Virus record (IMG/VR): IMGVR_UViG_3300042465_005697
Coordinates: 92,280 to 149,690 of that record
DNA: 57,411 nucleotides
Origin: a virus
Taxonomy: Duplodnaviria > Heunggongvirae > Uroviricota > Caudoviricetes
Direction: 5' to 3' (one strand)
Positions 7,942 to 17,827 of the stretch are shown in pieces (position 1 is the stretch's first letter; every line of letters begins with the position of its first letter). The notes below the pieces were generated by a model, which was not told where the DNA came from, searched no databases, and saw nothing but the letters and a program-made list of their open reading frames with translations. A program made the position numbers and the translations under genes.

Positions 7942-9407
7942 TATTTCTTATTTACAATTTGGAATTTTATTTGTCTCTTATAAGTATTTATTTCTCCGGA
8001 AGAAACCACCTTTAAATCAATATAATATTCGTTAGGTATTTTATCTCTAGTATCAAATATGAAATAATACTCATTAGATGAACGGTTAATCTTAGTCCAG
8101 TCTTGAACTTGAACTTCCGTTTGTCCTTCTCGTACATACACTCTATAGAATGCGTCCACATTAGGTTGTAATTGATTTGCGGTGTAAGCCTTTTTAATAA
8201 CAACACCAATTTTTCTAACATCCGTATTTAAAATTTTCTCATCTTGTTTTACACCATAAAAATCAAAACCATAGATTGATGGTTCTTGAGATGTAATACC
8301 AATTTGGATTGATTTTTTTAATGGATAAACAACAAATTCATTCTCAACGTCAGGTAATGTAAAACCATTCAACACAATACCACTCCAAGTATCGGTAAAC
8401 ATACACGGAGTATGATATCCCCCAGGAGGAAATGCGGGTATGGTAATTTCATAGACACCTTTAGTTCTTCTACAAGAAGTTAAACCCGTTAATCCCGGTA
8501 TTGGATCCCCGTTTTGATCGCTAATTGTTACCGTTGGGTTATTGTCTAAATTTTGGAAGTCACCATCTTCATAGATGTATAAATACAATTTATTAACTTT
8601 ACCTAAAGAGAAACTATTTCTATCGTCCTCAATTAAGTCATTATAATTTGTTTCTAAAAATGGTTCATAAAATGTTTGTGTATGACGAGTAAAGAACCCA
8701 ACTTCATATGTTCCAATTGTTCCCGTTAAGTTTTCAACTTGAGGTAAATACGCAATTCCCCAACCAGAAACATCTAAACCAAATTGTAATATATTATTAA
8801 TTTCTGAGGTCATATCAAATTCAACATTTTCATCACCAAATTCAAAATGTTGTGTTGCAACAATTGTTAATGCGGAAAACGGATATAACCCTAAATTGTT
8901 ATTATTATATATCCCTGGTTCTCCCCAATTTTGAATAGTTGTTGTTGCCGACCAATTTGATGGTCTATCAGAATAATTCTTATCCGTTGGGATTTGTGTT
9001 GCAAGATCAGCGAAATCATACCCAACACCTTCATCCCAATATTGTTTGGTATAAGGATTCACTTCTAAATTTGGTATTCTAAATAATATAAGATCAAAAG
9101 ATGTTGCCCTCAATCTACCCGATGAGGTTGATGTATTTAACAAATCTCTATCAAAGAAAGATGTGTTGGTCATCCTTAAGGTATGGGTCATCCCATTATT
9201 ACAAGTGATTTCGGCAATGGTACCGCCAGTATATTTTTCTCGTAATAAATTAAGATCTAAGTCAAAGATAAAACGACTAAACCCAATCGGGTTTGCAATA
9301 CCTCCATTACCATAAAATAGTTCAGTCACAGGGTTTTGTCCTGTGTTTGTAAAACTATTGGATATGATAGTATTATTCTTACTAAAATATGAATTGTTGA
9401 TTGACAT
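7941..9407 (-). CDS. Putative structural (baseplate/tail) protein
   Basis: 488-aa beta-rich ORF in an operon with the spike gene, preceded by TATTTATA; no specific family recognised. Confidence 0.55.
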   Translation of the reverse strand: MSINNSYFSKNNTIISNSFTNTGQNPVTELFYGNGGIANPIGFSRFIFDLDLNLLREKYTGGTIAEITCNNGMTHTLRMTNTSFFDRDLLNTSTSSGRLRATSFDLILFRIPNLEVNPYTKQYWDEGVGYDFADLATQIPTDKNYSDRPSNWSATTTIQNWGEPGIYNNNNLGLYPFSALTIVATQHFEFGDENVEFDMTSEINNILQFGLDVSGWGIAYLPQVENLTGTIGTYEVGFFTRHTQTFYEPFLETNYNDLIEDDRNSFSLGKVNKLYLYIYEDGDFQNLDNNPTVTISDQNGDPIPGLTGLTSCRRTKGVYEITIPAFPPGGYHTPCMFTDTWSGIVLNGFTLPDVENEFVVYPLKKSIQIGITSQEPSIYGFDFYGVKQDEKILNTDVRKIGVVIKKAYTANQLQPNVDAFYRVYVREGQTEVQVQDWTKINRSSNEYYFIFDTRDKIPNEYYIDLKVVSSGEINTYKRQIKFQIVNKK

Positions 9408-9420
9408 TTACAGTTTTTAC

Positions 9421-9428
9421 TATAAATA
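9421..9428 (-). promoter_or_regulatory. TATTTATA motif
   Basis: Plus strand reads tataaata; 13 nt upstream of ATG 9407 on the minus strand. Confidence 0.55.
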
Positions 9429-10967
9429 TCAATTGATTCTAATATTTTTATTTAAAATTGTATTATCTGCATTATTCAGTACTGACTCTATTTCCGGAAC
9501 CGATGTTCCATCAGTTGCAATAGGAACTGGAGTGGTTCCAGCAAATCCGTGAACGTGAGACACTAAAAATTTAGTTATTAACTTTAAAAACTTCATTAAC
9601 TCCTCACCCCTAACCATAGAGTTTGTACTTGTTCCCTCACCTATTGATACTAACTTATCTTGGGGGATACCATATAATGTTTCTTTTAAATCTACAGTAA
9701 ATCCCCCTGAAGATCGGTGACTCAATAAAAATAATTTATCTGCTCCCATTACAGAATATGTTATTGGGTTAACAATGTAATCTCTTTTATTAACTTCCTC
9801 AATATTTACGTTAGGTAAAATACCCAATCTTGGGGGACTTACCGCCCAAACCAAACCATACCCCTTTTCTTTATATCCATTACTTAATGTGATTCTATTA
9901 TATAGAATAGATGCCTTTGCAGTTCCACCTAAATGATTAATTAAATCAAATACATCACTAATAATATAACTATAAGTATTTGAATCTGGACCATAAAAGA
10001 ATGGAAATTGTTCTTCAATAAAATAAGTGGGATATCCATCAATATTAATATTACCGTTATTAACACCTTTAATAAATGAGTTAATTAATTCTGAAGTTTC
10101 AAATAAAGTTTTTCCGGTAAAATCTATTTTATAGTTAGGTACAAATGGTTGACCCAATAATATATCAGTATTAACTGTTATATTTGATACTTTTATCAAA
10201 TCACTATTTGTATTTGATAAGTTATAAAATTTAATAACCCCATCATATGTAAATCCAGTCGCATCTAAATTATTGATTGTCCATTGGACATATGATTTTG
10301 TGTTTATATCTTTATATGTTTCTGTGGTTATAGTTTCGGTACCCGTTGAAACATTTTCTAATTCATAACTTGATAATTGTAAAAACGATCTTCCATCATT
10401 TCTAACAACAGGAACATTATCATTACCTGAACTTAAATATTTCCCCGATCTAATCAGTGCCGTTGAATTATTATCACCTTCACTATCTACCAACACAAAA
10501 TCACTACTACCTCTTCCTAAAAATGCGTTATCACCAGGTTTTGGATATACACCTTCTAACCCTATTTTTATTTTTCCTGTTGTTGGATCAACAGTTGATT
10601 CGGCTTGTTTAAAATTTTCCCCACTTGCTAAAACAGATTGAGAACTATTATAAGATTCAAATTTATTATTCCAAGGTCTTGATATTGGTCCTTGAGTATA
10701 AAATTTATTAGCGTCTTTTCTTTCATCTTTATTTACATAAATAATAAATACCGACTCACCTGTTTTAGGTATTTGTGAAATATAGTAAGGTAAAAGAGGT
10801 AAAAATATTAAAGGGTCTTTTGGCCCCCATTTATCTGCATCAGTCCAACCTGTAGGGTAAACAAATGCCATTTGTTCATCCTTAGGCATAATTCTAATTC
10901 TACCAATATGTAATGGATCATTAACATCCATTACCGTCCCAAGAAACAACATCTTATTATTTTCCAT
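9429..10967 (-). CDS. Baseplate central spike/hub protein (gp5/gpV-like)
   Basis: N-terminal OB-fold pattern FLGTVMDVNDPLHIGRIRI...LPLLP...IPKTGESVFII; C-terminal SHVHG (HxH) spike-tip motif. Confidence 0.75.
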   Translation of the reverse strand: MENNKMLFLGTVMDVNDPLHIGRIRIMPKDEQMAFVYPTGWTDADKWGPKDPLIFLPLLPYYISQIPKTGESVFIIYVNKDERKDANKFYTQGPISRPWNNKFESYNSSQSVLASGENFKQAESTVDPTTGKIKIGLEGVYPKPGDNAFLGRGSSDFVLVDSEGDNNSTALIRSGKYLSSGNDNVPVVRNDGRSFLQLSSYELENVSTGTETITTETYKDINTKSYVQWTINNLDATGFTYDGVIKFYNLSNTNSDLIKVSNITVNTDILLGQPFVPNYKIDFTGKTLFETSELINSFIKGVNNGNINIDGYPTYFIEEQFPFFYGPDSNTYSYIISDVFDLINHLGGTAKASILYNRITLSNGYKEKGYGLVWAVSPPRLGILPNVNIEEVNKRDYIVNPITYSVMGADKLFLLSHRSSGGFTVDLKETLYGIPQDKLVSIGEGTSTNSMVRGEELMKFLKLITKFLVSHVHGFAGTTPVPIATDGTSVPEIESVLNNADNTILNKNIRIN

Positions 10968-11169
10968 TTCGTGATTGATACTCTTTTAATAGAGTGTCAT
11001 AACTTAATTCTAATTTATCAATATGATTAGTCAACTTAATAAGGGTTTCTTTTGTTAAGTCAAAATCTTTTTGTATGAAATCCATTGCCAATTTCAAGTC
11101 TTTATTGGGACTTGTTTTATAATTTTTAATGATCTCAACTATTTCGGTTGAATGTATTTTATTTTCCAT
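10957..11169 (-). CDS. Small coiled-coil hypothetical protein
   Basis: 70-aa ORF coupled to its neighbours, with a heptad-like pattern. Confidence 0.65.
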   Translation of the reverse strand: MENKIHSTEIVEIIKNYKTSPNKDLKLAMDFIQKDFDLTKETLIKLTNHIDKLELSYDTLLKEYQSRNGK

Positions 11170-11171
11170 AA

Positions 11172-13097
11172 TTATATAAATAAACCTGAGGCACTTTTTG
11201 GTATTGTTTGAAACAACGGTGTCACACTTAATGGACCAATTCCAATATCAACTCTACCATTTTCTGTAGTTTCTTTATCAATACCATCAATAATTGCCTT
11301 AATAGAAATTAACGTTAAATTTGGACTTCCATCTGGCATTGGGCCTGTTGGTAACCCAAGTTTTTCAAATTCACTAATAACATTTAAAAATGCCCCTGTT
11401 TTAGAATAACCCTTCCTTAGTTTAGTCGCCAATAATAATGGTAATGGTAATTGTTCTGTTGTTGATTGTATTTGAGCTAACAACGCTTGTAAATCATTAA
11501 TAATTGACTTACATTCTCTAAAATCTTTAATAAGTTTGGCAATTGACATAATAAGTGCAACTAACGACAAAATCATAGCCGTTCGTTTTTTTGTTTTTTC
11601 ATTGGCAATATCAGAAATAATTCCAGCAATTAATAATTTAATGTCTTTCTTAATAATATCAAATATAATTTTTACAAATAATGCGGTAATTTTTGAAACA
11701 AGTTCTGAAAAATATGTTTTTAATTTTTCAGCAAAATCCATAAATGAATTAATATCATCAACAAATGTTTGACCTATTGATTTTGCCATTATCATTATTG
11801 GTAAAATTACTTTTGGTGATAATATTGCCATTACCAATGCTTTTGGAAATTCCTTAAGAAAATCTAAATCAATATTAATTTTAAGAGGGAAAAACCCATT
11901 AGTTATTGTGTCCGTAATATTAGCCGCATCATTTATTGTGTTGTTATTATTTTTACCATCCACATAATTTAATTCGTCAACAGAACTAATTATTGAGTCA
12001 ACATCAACAGGTAATTTAACAGTTCCACATTCCTCAAATTCAACAATACCCAATTTAATATCGGACACTTTTTGGTCTATTATTCTTAAATCAATTTCTG
12101 TAAATTCAAAAAACGATTTATCAATATTATCAAATTCAGATACTTTTGAAACACCACTTACATCAATTTCGGTTGTTGCATCAAAACATAACCCCAATAT
12201 TCGTTTAAGTATTAATAGAACTTTATTTAAATCCCCAAGATTTACATCCCCATCACCTTTTTTAATTGATAATGATCCGGTAAGTTGATTGATTAAATTT
12301 GCAAAAATGTTTTTAAAATCAACAACTTCAATTGTATTATAGTAGTCTTCAAGAAATTCAACAATTTTATTTGACTCCCTATTTTTTAAATCTATTTTAT
12401 AAAAGTTTCCTTGAACAAGACCACCAAAAGGATCAACATATGACTCAACATAAGTAATATCAAAAAGTTGTTGTCCTGAAGTCCCTATATAATTTAATGT
12501 TGCTGGAACAGAATATGGTTGGTTGATATTCTGCATTCTATCGTATAACGACTTATTAAATGAAAATGGAAATGTTCCATATTGAATGCTCTCTTTTTCA
12601 TATGTGATTTTACCAACACTACTTTCAGGTTCCTCCTTTAAGAAATTGGTTAAATCAAATGATTTTACTTTTAAATAGATTGATTGATTACCAACATATG
12701 TTTGATCTTGAGCACAACCAATTGCACTTGTACCCAAACTATTAAGTATATCTTTAATTTGTGGTTTAAGTTCGGCTATTGCGGTAACAAAAACTTTCTT
12801 TAAATATTTTACGGTTTTTGTTTGACCACTTTTCTCACCACCTTTTGATAATATCTTAGTTAAATCTAAGAGTTGGTCAAATTGGTTTTTTTTTGCGTCT
12901 TTACGATCTTGTTCAAATTTATCTCTTTTCTTTTTTAAACTTGAAAGTTGTTCTGATGAGTATTTTTTTGCCGTCTCTAATGACTCACCTTTTCTTTTTT
13001 TAAGGTCATCGGCATCCTTTTTAATGTCCTTATACTTTTGTGTTGTAGATACCTTCTCCTTAACCGTCTTATATCCATCATTTATATCTAATGCCAT
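11172..13097 (-). CDS. Large hypothetical protein (basic N-terminus, helical C-terminus)
   Basis: 641-aa ORF in an operon with the spike gene; family not recognised. Confidence 0.7.
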   Translation of the reverse strand: MALDINDGYKTVKEKVSTTQKYKDIKKDADDLKKRKGESLETAKKYSSEQLSSLKKKRDKFEQDRKDAKKNQFDQLLDLTKILSKGGEKSGQTKTVKYLKKVFVTAIAELKPQIKDILNSLGTSAIGCAQDQTYVGNQSIYLKVKSFDLTNFLKEEPESSVGKITYEKESIQYGTFPFSFNKSLYDRMQNINQPYSVPATLNYIGTSGQQLFDITYVESYVDPFGGLVQGNFYKIDLKNRESNKIVEFLEDYYNTIEVVDFKNIFANLINQLTGSLSIKKGDGDVNLGDLNKVLLILKRILGLCFDATTEIDVSGVSKVSEFDNIDKSFFEFTEIDLRIIDQKVSDIKLGIVEFEECGTVKLPVDVDSIISSVDELNYVDGKNNNNTINDAANITDTITNGFFPLKINIDLDFLKEFPKALVMAILSPKVILPIMIMAKSIGQTFVDDINSFMDFAEKLKTYFSELVSKITALFVKIIFDIIKKDIKLLIAGIISDIANEKTKKRTAMILSLVALIMSIAKLIKDFRECKSIINDLQALLAQIQSTTEQLPLPLLLATKLRKGYSKTGAFLNVISEFEKLGLPTGPMPDGSPNLTLISIKAIIDGIDKETTENGRVDIGIGPLSVTPLFQTIPKSASGLFI

Positions 13098-13102
13098 AAT
13101 TA

Positions 13103-13468
13103 TTATAATTTATAATTTTTATCTTCAGATATATCCTTCTCAATTAAATTTTTAATTATATCATCATCTAAATCAATATCCGAAAGGGTAAAGTCATCCT
13201 GTTTCTCAGTTGACTTTTGCCACATTTGGGATTGTAATTTTGAAAGGGTTAATTTTTTCTCAACACAATCGTTTATAATCTTTTGTTGTTTTTCAATAAC
13301 AGGACCAATAAGTTGCATATCTTCTGGTTCCTTCATCATTGTAAGCATTTTATTTTGAATCCTAATAGCGGTATTTCTTTGTTCCACAAGTTCATTGTAG
13401 ATCTCTTGCATCAATGATAACATTGATTCTTTGGTTAAATTAATTTGTTTTTTTTGTGGTCTTGCCAT
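13103..13468 (-). CDS. Helical hypothetical protein
   Basis: 121-aa ORF preceded by TATTTATT. Confidence 0.7.
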   Translation of the reverse strand: MARPQKKQINLTKESMLSLMQEIYNELVEQRNTAIRIQNKMLTMMKEPEDMQLIGPVIEKQQKIINDCVEKKLTLSKLQSQMWQKSTEKQDDFTLSDIDLDDDIIKNLIEKDISEDKNYKL

Positions 13469-13471
13469 AAC

Positions 13472-13479
13472 AATAAATA
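13472..13479 (-). promoter_or_regulatory. TATTTATT motif
   Basis: 3 nt upstream of ATG 13468. Confidence 0.45.
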
Positions 13480-13488
13480 GTGAAAACT

Positions 13489-14235
13489 TTATTTTAACAT
13501 ATCTTGAATTAGTTGAAAATACATTTTCTTATATCTTTTAATAGAACTTCTAATTTCCTTCGTTGATAAATTTGTCATTTCCCTCAATTCAAAAAGGATA
13601 ACATTTTTATTAAATTTATTATTGGTTGTATCTAAAAATATGTTTTTATAATTTTCAAACATATCATAAAGGGCTTGACCTAACTTAATTTCCTGTTCAG
13701 TGATTTGTTTATCACCCATAGTGTCAGTTAACTTTTTAAGGAAATTTTTAATTATTTCCTCAGTTGTTATACCATCATTCTCTATATAATAGATCATATC
13801 GGGACTATGTTGTAAGTCCGAAGATATGTCCTCATATGAGATTTTTCTATTTGTTTCTTTTTGGTCTTTCATTATTTGACCCATCAAATAGTTTTTACAA
13901 ATTGTCCCAAAATATGAATAAGCCTTTTTTTCTTTTGCCGGCTTAAACTTGTCTATTTTAGTCATTAAGAATGAGTGTGTATCTACATGAACTTCTTCAA
14001 AGTTCATATCTTTTCTATACAATTTGTATCTTCGTATTATTGATGATATCATTTTGTCTAAAGGATGTTTTAAAAACTCGTTGTAAATTTTATTCTTCTC
14101 TTCAAAAGTCTCTGCGGTTAGATACATTCTAACCGCATTTTCCTCTCTTTCGTCAAAATAATTATTAGGTTTTGGTTTTCTTCCTTTCTTTTTTACATCA
14201 TTTGTGTCGTTTAAAATGGTTTCATTTTCGGTCAT
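13489..14235 (-). CDS. Phage sigma factor, T4 gp55-like (late transcription)
   Basis: PNNYFDE near the N-terminus. KIDKFKPAKEKKAYSYFGTICKNYL resembles gp55/sigma region 2 (NFD.EK..N..AY.T.I..N.F). C-terminal HTH-like LREMTNLSTKEIRSSIKRY. Confidence 0.7.
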   Translation of the reverse strand: MTENETILNDTNDVKKKGRKPKPNNYFDEREENAVRMYLTAETFEEKNKIYNEFLKHPLDKMISSIIRRYKLYRKDMNFEEVHVDTHSFLMTKIDKFKPAKEKKAYSYFGTICKNYLMGQIMKDQKETNRKISYEDISSDLQHSPDMIYYIENDGITTEEIIKNFLKKLTDTMGDKQITEQEIKLGQALYDMFENYKNIFLDTTNNKFNKNVILFELREMTNLSTKEIRSSIKRYKKMYFQLIQDMLK

Positions 14236-15056
14236 TAAACTTCTTGAGGTTCATACTTTATCTCTCTTTGATTAATAAACAAATATTCTTTCTTTGCCAA
14301 ATCAATCCAAAATCTTACCTCATCCTCACTTAATCTGTTATCACCATTTTTATAATTCCAGAATATAGATCCTTCTCTTAGATTGGTGTGTTTATAACCG
14401 ATCTTAGGTATAGTCATAAAATTAACAGAGTTTTGTGTCATTCTTAATAAGAACTCATAACCAAATGTTAATTTAAACGATGTCTTCATCATACCATAAT
14501 CAATAAACGATTCTTTTTTAATCATCATACCTGATATTTGGAAATTCTGATAAGACAATAATGTCTCATTAGTTAAGACACCCATCTCTTCTGAGAAGTT
14601 TGCTGCGAATGTTGCCTCATTTGTGAATCCAACAAATACACCTTTCTCATCAACATCAACTACGATAGGTAGAAACGCATCAACTTTAGGGTAGATATCA
14701 GCATAACTCTTAAAGTTCTTTACCCAAATGTTTGAAAATTCATCATCAAATTCAAGGATTGATACCCATTTAGATGTTGCAACTTTAACTCCGTGATTTA
14801 CTTGACCACAGAAGTTAGGTTCCTTTGCCCAATTTTCAAACTTTACGTTCATACCCTCAAAGTCATAAGACTCTAAATGGTTTTTTAAAAATGTCTCATC
14901 AGTATGAACAATAATTAATTCATCTATTGCGACTTTTTGAGTTTTTATTGACGTGATCGCTTTGTTGAAATAATCTTCAAAGAATCCGTTATTTCCTGAT
15001 TTAATTGGTAGGATTACCGAAACTGTATTATTTTCCATATTATTCAATTGTTTCAA
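14235..15056 (-). CDS. Glycosyltransferase, GT-A/GT2-like
   Basis: VSVILPIK start, ELIIV strand, VSILEFDDEF DxD-like motif. Confidence 0.8.
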   Translation of the reverse strand: MKQLNNMENNTVSVILPIKSGNNGFFEDYFNKAITSIKTQKVAIDELIIVHTDETFLKNHLESYDFEGMNVKFENWAKEPNFCGQVNHGVKVATSKWVSILEFDDEFSNIWVKNFKSYADIYPKVDAFLPIVVDVDEKGVFVGFTNEATFAANFSEEMGVLTNETLLSYQNFQISGMMIKKESFIDYGMMKTSFKLTFGYEFLLRMTQNSVNFMTIPKIGYKHTNLREGSIFWNYKNGDNRLSEDEVRFWIDLAKKEYLFINQREIKYEPQEV

Positions 15057-16101
15057 ATTTTATTAGTTGATCTTCAAAAGAAGTTAATCTTGTTTTAATC
15101 ATTTTTTCAAATAACGAGATTACGTTGTTATCAAATTCTTCCTTATTGGAATAATTTAAAATAGTTTTTTCCATTTCTTCAAAAATGACTGGGTTAATAT
15201 TATCTTCCAACCAATTTTGGATATAATCTGCAACAACATCAACCATCATATTTGGGTTATTGATCCAAATACCGTTATCCTCTGTCATCCATTCAGGTTG
15301 TAAGTTAGGAACTAAACCAATGACAGGTATTCCCATCTTAAATGACTCCAACGGGAACGTCCCAAATGCACTTGTAGGATCAATCCATACTGAACAGAAA
15401 CTTTCTTTCATTGCTTCAGCAAATTCAACTTCAGATAAACCTCTTAGATCTCTAAATGTGATCCAACGATATTGTGGGAATTTAGAATAAAAAGATTTAA
15501 TCATATTAACCGTATCTCTATGGTCTCTTGTGTGTACTGAAATTACTGTTTTAGGTGGAAACACTTGTTTTTCAAAAACTTCAGATATTACAGGTGAAAT
15601 AACTTCACTTGAAATTCCTCTCATTACTGACTCAACATATTCCTTTTGTCTATCTGATGTCGTAATACATTTATAGAAACCTAATTTTGTCCAAGTATCA
15701 CCAGGGTTTAAAGTTTCAAAGATGTGATCATATGATTGACATAAAACAATTTTACCACAAGGTAATTTTGTAATTTGATCCATAACGAAACCATAAATTT
15801 CAGGGATGATGATAAGATCTTCAGGTGATATTGCCAAATTTGTTCCCTCAATTGCACTATGTGGTAAATGAGTCATATAGTCTTCAGACAACCAACTACC
15901 AACACCGAAATAATCAGGTTTTTCATGCAAGATCATTGCATTATAACCATTCTTTTTTAATGTCATTGCCATTTGATAAATGTATCTAACTGAAGCTTTT
16001 GCGTTACCTTTTGTGTCTTGCACCAAAAAGTAGATTCTTGATGATTTGTCCTTCATATTTTGAACGGACTTTTCAAGTTTTGATATTTGTTCTTGATTCA
16101 T
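15040..16101 (-). CDS. Glycosyltransferase, GT-B/GT4-like
   Basis: C-terminal SAFGTFPLESFKMGIPVIG matches the GT4 E.FG...LEA..G.PVI motif. Confidence 0.75.
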   Translation of the reverse strand: MNQEQISKLEKSVQNMKDKSSRIYFLVQDTKGNAKASVRYIYQMAMTLKKNGYNAMILHEKPDYFGVGSWLSEDYMTHLPHSAIEGTNLAISPEDLIIIPEIYGFVMDQITKLPCGKIVLCQSYDHIFETLNPGDTWTKLGFYKCITTSDRQKEYVESVMRGISSEVISPVISEVFEKQVFPPKTVISVHTRDHRDTVNMIKSFYSKFPQYRWITFRDLRGLSEVEFAEAMKESFCSVWIDPTSAFGTFPLESFKMGIPVIGLVPNLQPEWMTEDNGIWINNPNMMVDVVADYIQNWLEDNINPVIFEEMEKTILNYSNKEEFDNNVISLFEKMIKTRLTSFEDQLIKFETIE

Positions 16102-16105
16102 ATTG

Positions 16106-16366
16106 TTATAGTTTATTTATTATTTTCTTAATTAATAGTGTATTAAATGCAAATTTAAAGGGTAAAGGTAATTCACTTGAATTCATTCCCAATTTTTCAT
16201 CAATCTCGTCTGTTTGTTCCATTACGATTTCTAACATAAATTTAACAGTTTCGTACTTTACCAAATGTATTTGGTTATCCGTTTCACCCGATACTGGATC
16301 AATTGTTGTATAATCCTCAATAGCGTCTAAGTCAATATAATAATGTTCGCCTAAAATTTTAAACAT
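16106..16366 (-). CDS. Hypothetical protein
   Basis: 86-aa ORF tightly packed in the operon. Confidence 0.65.
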   Translation of the reverse strand: MFKILGEHYYIDLDAIEDYTTIDPVSGETDNQIHLVKYETVKFMLEIVMEQTDEIDEKLGMNSSELPLPFKFAFNTLLIKKIINKL

Positions 16367-17045
16367 ATTCTTTAATTTTTTTAATCAATTCCTCAAATTC
16401 AGATAACGATGAAATTTGATATTCGGAATTTATTTGTTTATTGTAGTCAGTGTTAAATTTTATTACCATTTTATCTGACGGATGGTTTAATAATAAGTCA
16501 GGGTTTGCCGTAAGTAAAATGTCTACATTATCCCACATTGAATTTTTTGTTTGATTACTGTAAAAAAATACTTGTTCAACCAAACACCCAAATTTAGATA
16601 AGAAAAATAGTGATGAAGGTTTTGACCTACCAATCTCATCAGAAAAAATTATGATATCATTTTCTTCTCTTAAGTTGTGATATAATTCATTTAAATAATT
16701 GAAGGTTGATGTTTCGGTGGATGAGGCATGACCAAATAATTCCATTGTATATTCCTCAAACATAAATGAATATAATTCTTCTTTTGATTGGAAAGAAAAA
16801 TGTTTTTCCAAATCCAACGAATCAACATCACTTAACACTTCATATTTAAAATAATTAACATCCACATTTTCAGTTAGACCCAAAACCTCTTCAGTATCTC
16901 CCGAAAACGTTAATTCATATGTTTTATCTTCAGAAATATACGCAAGAGAGTCCAATAAATGTTTTTCGTATAATTGTTTGAATTTACCAATGGTGTCCCT
17001 TAAAACACCATTAATCTCAATCCCTATTCTCTTTGTCATATTCAA
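16359..17045 (-). CDS. HAD-superfamily 5'-nucleotidase-like protein with degenerate motif I
   Basis: RIGIEINGVLRDT aligns with the usual RIxIDIDGVL; VDILLTANP occupies the motif IV region. Confidence 0.6.
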   Translation of the reverse strand: MNMTKRIGIEINGVLRDTIGKFKQLYEKHLLDSLAYISEDKTYELTFSGDTEEVLGLTENVDVNYFKYEVLSDVDSLDLEKHFSFQSKEELYSFMFEEYTMELFGHASSTETSTFNYLNELYHNLREENDIIIFSDEIGRSKPSSLFFLSKFGCLVEQVFFYSNQTKNSMWDNVDILLTANPDLLLNHPSDKMVIKFNTDYNKQINSEYQISSLSEFEELIKKIKEYV

Positions 17046-17760
17046 ACAATATTTTAGTGATTAATGGGTTTCTAACGTTCTTAGCGTCTCTAAAATCGTA
17101 AACACCGATATCAGAAACATTCTTGAATTTTTGTATTGCGTCGTATAGTCCCGATTGTTTTTTATCTTTATATCTGTCCGTTTGTTCAAGATCTCCCGAA
17201 ATAAAGAATTTACTGTTATACCCAATTCTTGTTAGTAACAATTTCATTTGGTTAGGTGTTGAATTTTGTGCTTCCTCAAAAATAAGAATTGAGTTATCAA
17301 TATTCATTCCCCTCATATATGCCAAAGCAAATACCTCAATAATTTCAGCCTTCTTTAATTCTTCCCTTGCTTCTTTACCAATAATTTTATTTAATAAATA
17401 ATAAGAGGGGAAGATATAAGGATCCAATTTTTCCTCAAGGTTTCCTGGTAATGATCCCAACTTTTCTTCAGCCTCAACTGCCGGTCTAACAATGATAATT
17501 TTTTCATATGAATTGTTTGGATCCATTAATAAATCCACCGCCGCTTTCATTGCAATAAAACTTTTACCAACACCCGCAGGACCTGAAGCAACCGTAATTT
17601 GATTATTCTTTAAAATGTTATAATAATCTTCTTGGTGTTCAGATAAAAATTTGTTTTTTTGTTTTCGTTTAATTACCGAGTTAATGAAGTCCTTTCTTGA
17701 AAAGGGTTTAGAGTCTATGGACTCTGGTTTAATTGACGGGTCTAATTTTTTTCTTGTCAT
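17017..17760 (-). CDS. phoH: PhoH-family ATPase
   Basis: GPAGVGKS Walker A, RPAVEAEEKLGSLPGNLEEK, AYMRGMNI, FEEAQN, LTRIG, SGDLEQTD. Confidence 0.95.
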   Translation of the reverse strand: MTRKKLDPSIKPESIDSKPFSRKDFINSVIKRKQKNKFLSEHQEDYYNILKNNQITVASGPAGVGKSFIAMKAAVDLLMDPNNSYEKIIIVRPAVEAEEKLGSLPGNLEEKLDPYIFPSYYLLNKIIGKEAREELKKAEIIEVFALAYMRGMNIDNSILIFEEAQNSTPNQMKLLLTRIGYNSKFFISGDLEQTDRYKDKKQSGLYDAIQKFKNVSDIGVYDFRDAKNVRNPLITKILFEYDKENRD

Positions 17761-17827
17761 TTAAATTTAATTGATTGTTTATTACTATAATAATAAATTG
17801 AATTTACAAAAAGAAAATCGTTATGGT

